Assembly (NCBI GenBank): GCA_026770705.1
Contig: JANJGN010000052.1
Span: 4,030,001-4,094,000 of the forward strand
Length of the DNA: 64,000 bases
Source: Isurus oxyrinchus
Taxonomy: Eukaryota
Direction of reading: 5' to 3'
The notes beneath the pieces were generated by a model. That model made no database searches. It worked only from the letters and a program-made list of their open reading frames with translations, and was not told where the DNA came from. A program made the position numbers and the translations under genes. This document shows positions 63,954-64,000 of the stretch, piece after piece. Positions within the stretch are counted from its first letter, which is position 1. The number at the start of each line of letters is the position of its first letter.

Positions 63954-64000
63954 ACTGAGCAAGAATGAGACACACACAGTGTAGGGAGAATACAGAACGG

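Overview
Repeat-rich vertebrate genomic DNA, not prokaryotic. The CR1/L2 LINEs, DeuSINE-like SINEs and TE-derived minisatellites suggest a cartilaginous fish; this is an inference. The window holds a rearranged cluster of Siglec-like (sialic-acid-binding Ig-like lectin) genes, which I rebuilt exon by exon from splice sites and intron phases. (1) A + strand inhibitory receptor (34057-50657, about 1065 aa): leader, V-set with the essential Arg, C2, an in-frame mini-exon, seven near-identical C2 exons, TM and a tail with ITIM (LLYANI) plus ITSM-like (TEYTQI) motifs. (2) A head-to-head inverted paralog on the - strand (25328-16180, about 280 aa) with a closely related V+C2 ectodomain, an Arg-containing TM and a short tyrosine-free tail, i.e. 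a candidate activating partner. The ORF track does not show this TM reading frame. (3) A stop-containing extra V exon, broken C2 exons, orphan tail exons whose ITIM is altered, and a second orphan TM+tail module with YxN motifs (61269-63953). The main candidate system is a paired inhibitory/activating Siglec locus shaped by inversion, gene conversion, exon-array expansion and tail shuffling. Most other ORFs in the track are microsatellite or TE artefacts.
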